In this document: positions 35,698 to 44,733 of the stretch, in pieces
Numbering within the stretch: position 1 is the first letter of the stretch
Layout of the letters: each line of letters begins with the position of its first letter
Source: a virus
Lineage: Duplodnaviria > Caudoviricetes
DNA: 64,000 nt
Reading direction: 5' to 3' (one strand)
Virus record (IMG/VR): IMGVR_UViG_3300022723_000184
Location: 128,001-192,000 of that record
Program-made: the position numbers and the translations under genes
The notes under the pieces: generated by a model
What the model was told of the DNA's origin: nothing
What the model saw: the letters and a program-made list of their open reading frames with translations, nothing else
The model's database searches: none

Positions 35698-37239
35698 ATG
35701 GCCGAACCGACAACTATCACGCTGCTGAAATCCAGCAATCGAATCGTCGTAAATCCTACGACGAAGAAGGTCAACGATCTGCTGATTCCGAAGCTGTCGT
35801 TTCGGGAGAAGCGGTTCCTGTACGGCCAGGAGGCTCGGCTGGCGGGCACCCGGATTGAGATAACCGACTGGGGCTGTTACAGCCACGACCACAACCACCG
35901 CCTGGCCACGTCCTGGGGCTTCCATCACAGGATCAAGAAGACGCTCAAGCGGGCCGGGTACCGGGTGCGGGTCCAGGACCTGGATCCGCCTAAGGACCCC
36001 AAGATCTACCAGCCCAGGTGGGAGCGGTTGGTGGATTCCGAGGACATCGAACTCAGGCACAAGCAGGAGGAGTGCCTGATCAAGGTGCTCGGCAACTCGT
36101 GCGGGCGCATCGAGTGCCCGCCCGGCTGGGGCAAGTCGTTCGTCATCGGCATTCTGGCCTACCTGCTGCCCAAGGCCCGGATCGACGTGGCCACCAAGCG
36201 GGTGCCCGTCCTACGCGACCGGATCTACCCGGAGCTATGCGGGATGCTGCCGAGCGTGGGCATCGTCGGCGGGGGCAAGAACCGCCCCGGCCGTAGGGTC
36301 ATGTGCTACACGTTCGACTCGCTCAACCACAGCGAGGGCGACGCCGACTTCCTGTTCGTCGACGAATGCCACGAGGCCGCGGCCGATAAAGCGGCCAGAT
36401 CCCTGGCCAAGTACACCCGCTCCCGTAACTACGGGTTCAGCGCCAGCCAGGACATGCGGCTAGACGGCAAGGACCTGCGGGTCGAGGCCATGTTCGGCCC
36501 CATCCTGCTGAGCGTCCCGTACCAGGAGGCCCAGGAGCACGGCATGGTCGTGCCTATCGAGGTGCTGCTGTCCGACGTCGTGATGGACATGGACCCGTGC
36601 GAGGGCGAGCCGACCCACGAGAAGAAGCGGGCCGGCATCTGGCAGAACGCTTACCGCAACAGCATCATCCAGAAGGACGCCAACCGTTACGGCGACGACG
36701 TCCAGACACTCATCACGTGCGAGACGATCGAACATGCCATGGTGCTGCGCAAACGGCTGCCCAACTTCGAGGTCGTGTACTCGGTGGACGGCATCACCCC
36801 TCGCGACCGCCGATGGTACGTGAAGCACGGGCTTATGGCCGGCGACGAGCAGGTGATGACCCAGGAGAAGTTCAACAAGATCACCAAGCTCTTCGAGAAG
36901 GGCAAGCTAAAGAAGGCGATCGCTACCACCGTCTGGAACGTGGGCGTCGACTTTAAGAACTTGTCGGTGCTGATCCGTGGGGATGCCGGCGGCAGCCCGA
37001 TCAACGATATTCAGATTCCGGGCCGCGTGTCCCGCACGGGCGGAGATGGTAAGTCGGTCGGGATCATCCACGACTACAAGGACCAGTTCAACCGCGGCTT
37101 TCGCAACAAGGCGACGGGCCGCAGGAAGATGTACGAGAAGCAAGGGTGGAAGGTACGTGACCCCCGTGATTGGCAAGAGGGCCGGAAGAATAAAAACAAG
37201 CCAAAGAACCGGCAGTCGTACTTGTTCGACGAGGACTAG
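35698..37239 (+). CDS. superfamily 2 helicase (UvsW-like)
   Basis: PPGWGKS, DECH, FSAS, VWNVGVD, QIPGRVSR motifs. Confidence 0.9.
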   Translation: MAEPTTITLLKSSNRIVVNPTTKKVNDLLIPKLSFREKRFLYGQEARLAGTRIEITDWGCYSHDHNHRLATSWGFHHRIKKTLKRAGYRVRVQDLDPPKDPKIYQPRWERLVDSEDIELRHKQEECLIKVLGNSCGRIECPPGWGKSFVIGILAYLLPKARIDVATKRVPVLRDRIYPELCGMLPSVGIVGGGKNRPGRRVMCYTFDSLNHSEGDADFLFVDECHEAAADKAARSLAKYTRSRNYGFSASQDMRLDGKDLRVEAMFGPILLSVPYQEAQEHGMVVPIEVLLSDVVMDMDPCEGEPTHEKKRAGIWQNAYRNSIIQKDANRYGDDVQTLITCETIEHAMVLRKRLPNFEVVYSVDGITPRDRRWYVKHGLMAGDEQVMTQEKFNKITKLFEKGKLKKAIATTVWNVGVDFKNLSVLIRGDAGGSPINDIQIPGRVSRTGGDGKSVGIIHDYKDQFNRGFRNKATGRRKMYEKQGWKVRDPRDWQEGRKNKNKPKNRQSYLFDED

Positions 37240-38001
37240 ATGCGAGACCAGCAAGACACACCGCGAAGGCGCAGGAAGATGCGGACCGTTCCCGGCGAGG
37301 CCTACTCCGATGCCGAGCTTCGGGTGGCCACGATCCTGTACAACACGTACACGATCGAACGGCAGCGGCACATCAACAGCCAACGGCTGAGGGCCAACGC
37401 CTACAACCCAGCCAAGTGGAAGAGCGAGATCCGGGAAGACGTCTCGGAGAACGTCGAGGACGGGCAGTCGGCGAAGAAGTCGGACGAGTGGATCAGGCTG
37501 GCAAGGGCCATCCTGGCCCGCCAGATGGATCCCGAGTTGTTCATCCGCCGGCAGTTCCAGGTCCTCGACGTGGGACACCGGCCGCCGTGGCCTCGGGAGC
37601 TTGGTACGGCCAAGGCCTTGGACAACTACACCCGGGGCCAGGACGTGTCCCGCGATGAGATCCGGATCAAGTTCAAGACGCAGCTGGACACGGCGACGAC
37701 CAACATGATTGTCGCGCAGGCCGAGGGTGCCGAGGGTTCCGAGGCCTGGGACGATGTGCTCGGTGACGAGGACCTGTCGCTGTCGCCGCTGTTCCGATAC
37801 TGCTTGTCCCGCAACATCGCGAAGAACAGCGGAGACGAAAACTTTAAGGCCCTGGCTCGCCGCTTCCGTGAGGGAGCGGCTTTGCAGTATCTGCGGGATC
37901 CAGCGGCTTACGAGGAAGTTTGGGGTCGGGATTGGATCCCGGCCGGGTTCCAGCGCCGAGCGCAAGAGATCTACGACAAGGTCTACGGCCGAGAAGGGTA
38001 A
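37240..38001 (+). CDS. hypothetical replication-module protein
   Basis: ORF between two helicase genes. Confidence 0.7.
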   Translation: MRDQQDTPRRRRKMRTVPGEAYSDAELRVATILYNTYTIERQRHINSQRLRANAYNPAKWKSEIREDVSENVEDGQSAKKSDEWIRLARAILARQMDPELFIRRQFQVLDVGHRPPWPRELGTAKALDNYTRGQDVSRDEIRIKFKTQLDTATTNMIVAQAEGAEGSEAWDDVLGDEDLSLSPLFRYCLSRNIAKNSGDENFKALARRFREGAALQYLRDPAAYEEVWGRDWIPAGFQRRAQEIYDKVYGREG

Positions 38002-38004
38002 GGC

Positions 38005-39636
38005 ATGGCGAAGAAGAACAAGGAAGTGGCTAGGCGGGCAGCCGCAGACCCCGCCAAGAAAGAACGCATGATGGCGATCCTCATCCAGAACGATGAGGTG
38101 TACAACGCCGTGGCCGAGGCCCTCAAGCCGGAGCTGTTCCCGTCGCACGACATGATGTATTCCGTGCTCTGGGGCGTGGTGAAGAAGTTCAAGGAGGAGC
38201 ACGAGGATTTCCCCGACTACCAGCTGTTGCAGGCTGAGGTCTCGGACGTGCTCGGCGACGACCCCGACCTGTTGAACGACACGGAGATCGACGAGCTGAA
38301 CCAGTTCATCGACTTCGCGTTCGACAAGGACTCGTTTGACGACAACCCGGCGACGTCCTCGAAGTACGCCAGGTGGGCCATCAAGCAATTTCGGGCCTTC
38401 CTGGAAGAGCGAATCGCTCACGAGGCGAGGGATCAGATCTACAAGGACAACTCGGTGCCGGTGAACCTGCCCGACCTGCTGGACGACCTGCAGAACCGGG
38501 TCGAGCAGGTGCGGGCCGTGGCCGACGGTACTGTCAAGCCAGCGTTCCCCGAGGACTGGGACAAGAAGACGGCGCTGCAACTGTTCAGCACCGGAATCTC
38601 GTTCCTCGACCGGTTCCTGGGCGGCGGCCACGCCAACGGCGAACTGTACGGGATCCTCGGGCCGTACGGCAGCTGCAAGACCACGCTGGCCATCATGATC
38701 CTGGTCAACGCGGCCAAGGCCTTCCTCGCTCAGTCCAAGACCGGGGATAACCCCAAGAAGAAGATCGCCTTCATGGTCAGCTACGAGGCCCGCCTGCCTG
38801 AGATGCGGGCTCGTTCCCTGGGCTACGCCGCGAAGGTCCAGCGGAGCACGATGGAGAGCATGACGTCGAAGGACGACCTGTCGACGTCCGGTAACCTCCG
38901 CCCCTACGAGAAGCGGCTGTTCAAGAAGAAGATCGCCCAGGGCAAGAAGGTCAAGGGCGAGCGGGAGCGGATCGACGCTGCGACCGGGTGGATGAACGAG
39001 CACATCTCGTTCATCGACATGACCGGGTACGACGACGATCACCGCAAGGCCGGTGGCGGCGGCATCAAGGAAATCGCCCGCCGCATAAACCAGGTGCTGC
39101 GGGCCAACCCTGGCACCGAGTGCGGCCTCGTGGTCATCGACTACGTGGGCGCCATGGTCAAGCGACAGATGGCTGCCGAGGACCTGGACGACGCCGCTCG
39201 CCGGCATCTGATCTCCGACACGCCCCTCCTCACCAAGGCACAGATCGCGGACCAGTTTGACTGCCCCATCTGGTTCATGCACCAGATGTCGGGTGAGGCC
39301 AACGCCCGCGGTGAAGGCGCGAAGATGCACCACACGGACTCGGCGGAGGCCAAGAACTTCGCCGAGAACCTGGACTTCGCTTTTGTGTTGGGTAACACCA
39401 ACTCGGACAACCTGGCGACGCTGGCCTGCACCAAACGCAGACGCCAGCCGCCTAAGGACTCAACGATCATCAAGATCGATGGCGGCATGAACCGGGTGCT
39501 GGACATGGAGGACAGGTTCGTCCTCGACACCAGGACCAAGAAGATCATGTCGCACGATGAGCAGCATAAGCTGCCGCACGCTCCGGGCGAGCAGGCCGCG
39601 GCCTCAGCCCCGAGCCCCGTAATGCTGGATGAGTGA
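38005..39636 (+). CDS. DnaB-like replicative helicase
   Basis: GPYGSCKTT Walker A, VVIDY Walker B, HQ motif; adjacent primase. Confidence 0.85.
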   Translation: MAKKNKEVARRAAADPAKKERMMAILIQNDEVYNAVAEALKPELFPSHDMMYSVLWGVVKKFKEEHEDFPDYQLLQAEVSDVLGDDPDLLNDTEIDELNQFIDFAFDKDSFDDNPATSSKYARWAIKQFRAFLEERIAHEARDQIYKDNSVPVNLPDLLDDLQNRVEQVRAVADGTVKPAFPEDWDKKTALQLFSTGISFLDRFLGGGHANGELYGILGPYGSCKTTLAIMILVNAAKAFLAQSKTGDNPKKKIAFMVSYEARLPEMRARSLGYAAKVQRSTMESMTSKDDLSTSGNLRPYEKRLFKKKIAQGKKVKGERERIDAATGWMNEHISFIDMTGYDDDHRKAGGGGIKEIARRINQVLRANPGTECGLVVIDYVGAMVKRQMAAEDLDDAARRHLISDTPLLTKAQIADQFDCPIWFMHQMSGEANARGEGAKMHHTDSAEAKNFAENLDFAFVLGNTNSDNLATLACTKRRRQPPKDSTIIKIDGGMNRVLDMEDRFVLDTRTKKIMSHDEQHKLPHAPGEQAAASAPSPVMLDE

Positions 39637-40706
39637 TGGCTGAGTATTTGAATCCAAGTTTGCACCGCCGGCTCGTGCGGGACTTCGGGCACGTCAAGGT
39701 CTCCAACGAAGGGGAGAAGATGCTCGCTAAGTACAAGCGGGACTTCTTCTCAGGGGAAGACAAGCTCGACGTGATGTACCCGGGCGAGTACTACCAGGTG
39801 AACTGTCCCAAGTGCAGCGACACCCGGCACCGGCTTTACATCAACCACATGTGGGGCGTCCGCGACGAGCGAGGCCGCCGGAACCTGTGGCTGATGGTCT
39901 GCTACAACGAGGGGTGCTTCTCCTCGTACCGCGACCGGGAGGACCTGTTCGACCGGCTGGAAGAGCGCGCTGGCGTCCTGGGCAAGGCCAGGATCCACGA
40001 GGGCAAAGAAGTCGACCTGGACTCGATCGAGATCGAGCCGCCGGGCCCGATTACGCGGCTGGACAAACTGCCGCCTGAGCACCCGGCCAACCGATACTTG
40101 GTCAGCAGGTTTTACGATCCGGAGCGGCTGGGGAGGTGCTACGGAGTCGGTTACTGCCAAGAGAGCCTGTATTACCTGGCTCGAAACCGCGTGTACGCAC
40201 CGTTGTATTTCGGCGGAAAGCTGCGCGGTTGGCAGTGCCGGTACGTGGGCGAGATCGACAAGCGGAACGAAAACCCTCCGCCGAAGTGGTGGAGTTGTCC
40301 CAACATGAAGAAGTCCCACGTCATCTACAACTACGACCAGATGAAGAAGTGGCAGACCGGGGTGATCGTGGAGGGCCCCGGCGACGTCTGGGGCTTTGGT
40401 CCGATGGCCGGCGCTACGCTCGGCGCCACCATGTCTCCCCAGCAGCAGCGGCTGTTCACGGCCGCGTTCCGGAAGCAGGGCGGCGTGCTCCTCTACGACC
40501 CCGAGGCCATGGTGGCCAAGGACAAACACGGCAAGCTCAAGATGGAGCGGCTGGCTGAAAAGCTGTCGTCCGGCACCAAGCTGGGCGTGGCTCCGGTCAC
40601 CCTTCCGTACGGAGATCCCGGAAGCCTGGACCGACGGTTCATGCGAGAGTTCGTGACAAAGGAGGCCGCGTCGATGGGCGTGAAGGTCTCCTGGAAGAAG
40701 CGGTGA
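39633..40706 (+). CDS. DNA primase
   Basis: zinc site CPKC...CYNEGC; TOPRIM IVEGPGD, LLYD. Confidence 0.85.
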   Translation: MMAEYLNPSLHRRLVRDFGHVKVSNEGEKMLAKYKRDFFSGEDKLDVMYPGEYYQVNCPKCSDTRHRLYINHMWGVRDERGRRNLWLMVCYNEGCFSSYRDREDLFDRLEERAGVLGKARIHEGKEVDLDSIEIEPPGPITRLDKLPPEHPANRYLVSRFYDPERLGRCYGVGYCQESLYYLARNRVYAPLYFGGKLRGWQCRYVGEIDKRNENPPPKWWSCPNMKKSHVIYNYDQMKKWQTGVIVEGPGDVWGFGPMAGATLGATMSPQQQRLFTAAFRKQGGVLLYDPEAMVAKDKHGKLKMERLAEKLSSGTKLGVAPVTLPYGDPGSLDRRFMREFVTKEAASMGVKVSWKKR

Positions 40707-43700
40707 CGATGGCCAAGCAGAAACGACGCAAGGTGATCAAGGACCTGGATCGTCACCGCAGCCGCGGTAAGGCGAAGGAGGTCCAGGACGAGCTGGACGG
40801 GATCGGGATGTACCCGCTGGACGCTCCGGGTATGCCCATGCCGGGCCCGGATTTCCTGGAGAACGCTCGGAGGCTCGGGGACAAGAACAAGGAGCGGACC
40901 GACAAGGTCACGCTGCCCGATGGTCGGCGGAAGACCGTTAAGTCGATCGAGCCCGGCGAGTGGCTGGAGGTGTTGCACGCTCGGGCCCTGCGGGATCCTA
41001 ACTTCAACATGTCGATCCAGGTGAAGGCGGGCCTACGCAAGCAGGTCAATTTCGTGCCCGGTCACATCTGGGGCCAGCACCAGAAGGAGTACGCCCAGGG
41101 CATCGACCTGCCGGTGGACGGGCCGAGGCCGGCCGACATCATGGTCATTGGCAAGATGCCGGGCCAGACCGAGGTCCAGGAGAAACGCAACTTCGTGGGC
41201 GAGTCCGGGGCCCTGCTCCTGGAGGTGCTCCGGGATCTCAAGATCAAGGGCATGGGCAAGTGGTACATCACGAACCTGTGCAAGTTCCACCCGCCTGACG
41301 GGCAGTCGACGCTCAAATCGGGCTGGATCAAAGACTGCATGCCGTTGCTCCACCAAGAGCTGCGGATCGTCAGGCCCAAGTACATCTTGTGCCTGGGTGC
41401 CGATGCCTCGAAGGAGCTGTTGGGCAAGAAGAACAACGTCCACTACATGGACGGCCGGGTCGTGGAGCTGGAGTACCCGATCAACGTGGATGGTGAGGAG
41501 GTGCTGCACAAGTCGCACGTGATGACCGTGGTCCATCCGGCCGCGGTAGCCCGGGCGCCGGAGCAGCGACGCATGTTGGAGCGAGGACTTTCCCGCTTCG
41601 ACATGCTCACCAAGGGCATCCGCTGGGACCTGGAAGAGAAGGACATCGACCACCGGGCCATCCGTACGCTGGAAGAACTCAAGTCGCTTCTCTGGGAGAT
41701 CGAGAATGACCCAACCAAGAAAGACAGGGTCATCGCCGTCGACGCCGAGTGGCACGGCGAACACCCCGTCAATAAAGGAAGCTATGTACGAACGGTTCAA
41801 TTTGCGTGGCAAGAGAAGAGAGCTTGTGCGGTCGTACTTCGAGGTCCTGGCGGAAAGGTTACGTTCGTCGACGAGGACGGAAAGCCCGCCATCAAGCGAG
41901 GACTCAGGCTCCTAAGCAAGTTCTTCAAAAACAAGCGGGTGGTCGGCCACTTCTTTGTGGCTGACCTTGAGTGGTTGGTCGACATCGGCCTGGATCTTGT
42001 CCCGAGCTACCGCGTGCCCCTCCGGGACAAGCGGGTGGACCAGTTCAGCGGCCGACTCAAGCGGCGGTACGAGAAGCTGGGCTTCAGCGACCGCGACTAC
42101 GTTCCCGCTTGGCTCCGCACCAAGTACGAGGGCGGCGCCGACACCGGCCTCATGGCACACGCTATCGAGGAGACCGCCATGCTGGGCTTGGAAGGCCTGG
42201 CCATGCGGTACACGACCGTGCCCCGGTACGACATCCCGCTGCACGAGTGGCGGGAGCAGTTTTGCAAGGACCGCGGTCTCAAGTCGAAGGACTTGGAGGG
42301 GTACGGCGAGTGCCCCGACGAGATCCTGATCCCGTACGGCATCTACGACGCCGACGCTACCCTGCGGCTCTTCTACGCGCTGAACAAGTTGCTCGACTAC
42401 GACTACGAGGGCAACTGCTGCCGCGAGCCGTTCTGGGAGGCGATGATCGCGTGCCCCGCGATCTTGGAGATGCACCAGACCGGCATCCCCGTCCACAAGC
42501 CACGCATCGACTACCTCACCGAGGTGTTCATGGAGGCCCGGACGGAGATGGAGGCCAAGATCCGCACCTGGGCCAAGTGGTCGGAGTTCAACGTTCGGTC
42601 GGTCCAGCAGGTGCGGGAGTTCCTGTTCGGCGAGCAGCTGAATGGGAAGGTGACCAAGGACGGCGGGACCGTGAGGATCCGCCCCAAGGGCGCCAAGAGC
42701 CTGTACGTTGAGCCCCTGCTAGACACGGGCAAGCCTCCCACCCAGTGGTGGCAGGTCAAAGAGAAGGGCCTGGAGGGCGAACGCAGCCCGTCCACCAACA
42801 AGGCGGTGCTCGCCATCTTGGCCCAGGAAAACGAGGAGGCATCGGACCAGATCAACTGGCTCCGGGACTATCGCTTCCTCGACCAGGTGCTCAAGAGCCT
42901 TCTGAGACCGCCGGTCACCGATGACGACGGCAACTGGCTGATGGAGTCGGACGGCGATGGGCTGGGCGGCCTGCTGTTCGACGCCGGCCTGGCCAGCGTG
43001 GTCTGCAACGACGGTCGGGTCCGCACCCACCTCTATCCCACGACTGAAACGGGGCGGTGGCGTTCGGCTCGACCCAACCTGCAGAACATCAGCAAGCAGA
43101 GAGATGCCGACTACGTCCGGATGCTTGGCGAGAAGTACAAGCACAAGCTCCGCTCGATTCTCAAGGCCCCTCCCGGGTACCTGCTGATCGAGGCCGACTA
43201 CATCGGGGCCGAGCTGTACGGCATGGCCACGATGTCCGGCGACGAGGTGATGATCGACCACTGTCAGCGAAACCAGCTGCCGGAGGACGACCCCAACTTC
43301 TATGACATCCACTCGAACGTGGCGGTGTTCGCGTTCAAGCTGGACTGTCCGCCCACGAAGGCGGGGCTCAAGGCGATCAACAAGGCCCACCTGCGGATCG
43401 TGGCCAAGAGCGTGATCTTCGGCATCGCGTACGGACGTGGTGCCAAGGCCATTGCGCTGGCGGCCAAGGAGCAGGGCGTGGAGATCACGGCCGACGAGGC
43501 CCAGCAGGTGATCGACACGATCTTCGACATGTACCCTGGCCTCCGTCCGTTTTTCGAGGAGTGCAAGAGCCGGGCTATCAACGACGGCTGGCTTTGCCAC
43601 TGCTTCGGCCGGTTCCGCCGGTTCCCGCGGACGGACGACTACAAGCTCCAGGGCGAGTTCGAGCGGCAGGCGACCAACTTCCCGATCCAGGGGATGATCG

Positions 43701-44044
43701 CCAGCGCCGTGGACCGGGCGGTCGCCGAGATCTACGAGTACCGGCACGAGGTCGGGGTGCCCGACATGTACAAGATGGTCCTGCAGATCCACGACGCCGT
43801 GGTCCTGCTGGTCCCGTACGAGCACGCCGAGCGGGTGGTGGACGAGGTGCTGCCTGTTTGCATGCAGCAGCGGGTCCCCATCTACCCGACCAACCTGGCT
43901 GGCGTCCCCACCGGAAAGGGCCCCTATACCCTTGGCATCGACACCGAGGTCATGGTCCACTGGGGCGAACACGTCACTAAGGAACAGGCCGCCAAGTGGG
44001 GCGTGCCTAGCGTCACCGCGGGCGGCACGAAGCTGGTCGCTTGA
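40703..44044 (+). CDS. polA: family A DNA polymerase with N-terminal UDG family 4-like domain and 3'-5' exonuclease
   Basis: DAEW exonuclease, TGRW..RPNLQNI, ADYIGAE motif A, R..AK...FGIAYG motif B, QIHDA motif C; UDG-like GKMPG..E...FVGESG. Confidence 0.93.
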   Translation: MTMAKQKRRKVIKDLDRHRSRGKAKEVQDELDGIGMYPLDAPGMPMPGPDFLENARRLGDKNKERTDKVTLPDGRRKTVKSIEPGEWLEVLHARALRDPNFNMSIQVKAGLRKQVNFVPGHIWGQHQKEYAQGIDLPVDGPRPADIMVIGKMPGQTEVQEKRNFVGESGALLLEVLRDLKIKGMGKWYITNLCKFHPPDGQSTLKSGWIKDCMPLLHQELRIVRPKYILCLGADASKELLGKKNNVHYMDGRVVELEYPINVDGEEVLHKSHVMTVVHPAAVARAPEQRRMLERGLSRFDMLTKGIRWDLEEKDIDHRAIRTLEELKSLLWEIENDPTKKDRVIAVDAEWHGEHPVNKGSYVRTVQFAWQEKRACAVVLRGPGGKVTFVDEDGKPAIKRGLRLLSKFFKNKRVVGHFFVADLEWLVDIGLDLVPSYRVPLRDKRVDQFSGRLKRRYEKLGFSDRDYVPAWLRTKYEGGADTGLMAHAIEETAMLGLEGLAMRYTTVPRYDIPLHEWREQFCKDRGLKSKDLEGYGECPDEILIPYGIYDADATLRLFYALNKLLDYDYEGNCCREPFWEAMIACPAILEMHQTGIPVHKPRIDYLTEVFMEARTEMEAKIRTWAKWSEFNVRSVQQVREFLFGEQLNGKVTKDGGTVRIRPKGAKSLYVEPLLDTGKPPTQWWQVKEKGLEGERSPSTNKAVLAILAQENEEASDQINWLRDYRFLDQVLKSLLRPPVTDDDGNWLMESDGDGLGGLLFDAGLASVVCNDGRVRTHLYPTTETGRWRSARPNLQNISKQRDADYVRMLGEKYKHKLRSILKAPPGYLLIEADYIGAELYGMATMSGDEVMIDHCQRNQLPEDDPNFYDIHSNVAVFAFKLDCPPTKAGLKAINKAHLRIVAKSVIFGIAYGRGAKAIALAAKEQGVEITADEAQQVIDTIFDMYPGLRPFFEECKSRAINDGWLCHCFGRFRRFPRTDDYKLQGEFERQATNFPIQGMIASAVDRAVAEIYEYRHEVGVPDMYKMVLQIHDAVVLLVPYEHAERVVDEVLPVCMQQRVPIYPTNLAGVPTGKGPYTLGIDTEVMVHWGEHVTKEQAAKWGVPSVTAGGTKLVA

Positions 44045-44046
44045 CG

Positions 44047-44076
44047 TTGCAGAGAGGTAGGCCGCCGTGGTAAAAT
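44047..44076 (+). promoter_or_regulatory. possible sigma70 promoter with extended -10
   Basis: TTGCAG-18 nt-TAAAAT preceded by TG. Confidence 0.4.
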
Positions 44077-44240
44077 CAGGACCGCCGAAAGGCACCGCAA
44101 CCACCGTTGAACCGCACCCGAAGGCCGAGGATCTGATACCGCTCGCAAAGAAGGCAAGGTAGGCGTGCTCCGCATACCTGGCCGACTGCGAAGAGAAGTA
44201 TCAGCGGCGAAGAAAATGGAGGAAAAGGAACAGGATCCCT

Positions 44241-44717
44241 GTGCTCGCACTCTGCGGGTACGGCCGAGCCGGCAAGGACTACTCAGCAAAATACCTGTGT
44301 TCCCTGACCGCGATGCAGTACGGAGGCAGCACGTCTTCCGTCGTAGCGCCGTTGATCGCCAACGCTCTGAACCAGCCGGTTGATCAGACGTTCGCCGAGC
44401 GGCACGACAACCGGATGTTTTGGTTCGAGTTCTGCAACGCACTCCGCCTCCACGACCCGTCGATGTTGGCCCGTATGAACCTGGGCAGTGGCGACATGGT
44501 GGTCGGGATCAGGAGTGAGGTCGAGCTTCACGCGTGTGTTTCGCAAGGCGTGGTCGACTACACGGTCTGGGTCGATAACCCAAGGGCAGAGTTGGATCCG
44601 ACGGTTGAGTATGGCCAAGAAGACTGCCACCTCACCGTGAGTAACTGTGGGTCAAGGCTTCAGCTTTTCGAGAAGCTCGACAAGCTGTTGGACCTGATGA
44701 GCAAAACGTACTTTTGA
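44241..44717 (+). CDS. deoxynucleoside monophosphate kinase-like protein
   Basis: N-terminal P-loop CGYGRAGKD, GIR..E motif. Confidence 0.7.
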   Translation: MLALCGYGRAGKDYSAKYLCSLTAMQYGGSTSSVVAPLIANALNQPVDQTFAERHDNRMFWFEFCNALRLHDPSMLARMNLGSGDMVVGIRSEVELHACVSQGVVDYTVWVDNPRAELDPTVEYGQEDCHLTVSNCGSRLQLFEKLDKLLDLMSKTYF

Positions 44718-44733
44718 CAGGAAGGAAGCCATC

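Noticed and set aside
38079-38098. CCTCATC-6 nt-GATGAGG hairpin resembling the repeat stem inside the helicase gene
   Set aside because: Loop length and both flanks differ from the repeat; explained by the coding sequence ILIQNDE.
36907-39333. Long minus-strand ORFs (this one, 42719..44104, 44632..46599, 6624..8033 and others)
   Set aside because: Antisense shadows of GC3-biased plus-strand genes; no motifs or RBS.
44703-44717. AAAACGTACTTTTGA as another palindrome copy
   Set aside because: Needs an inserted base and overlaps a CDS end; too weak to count.
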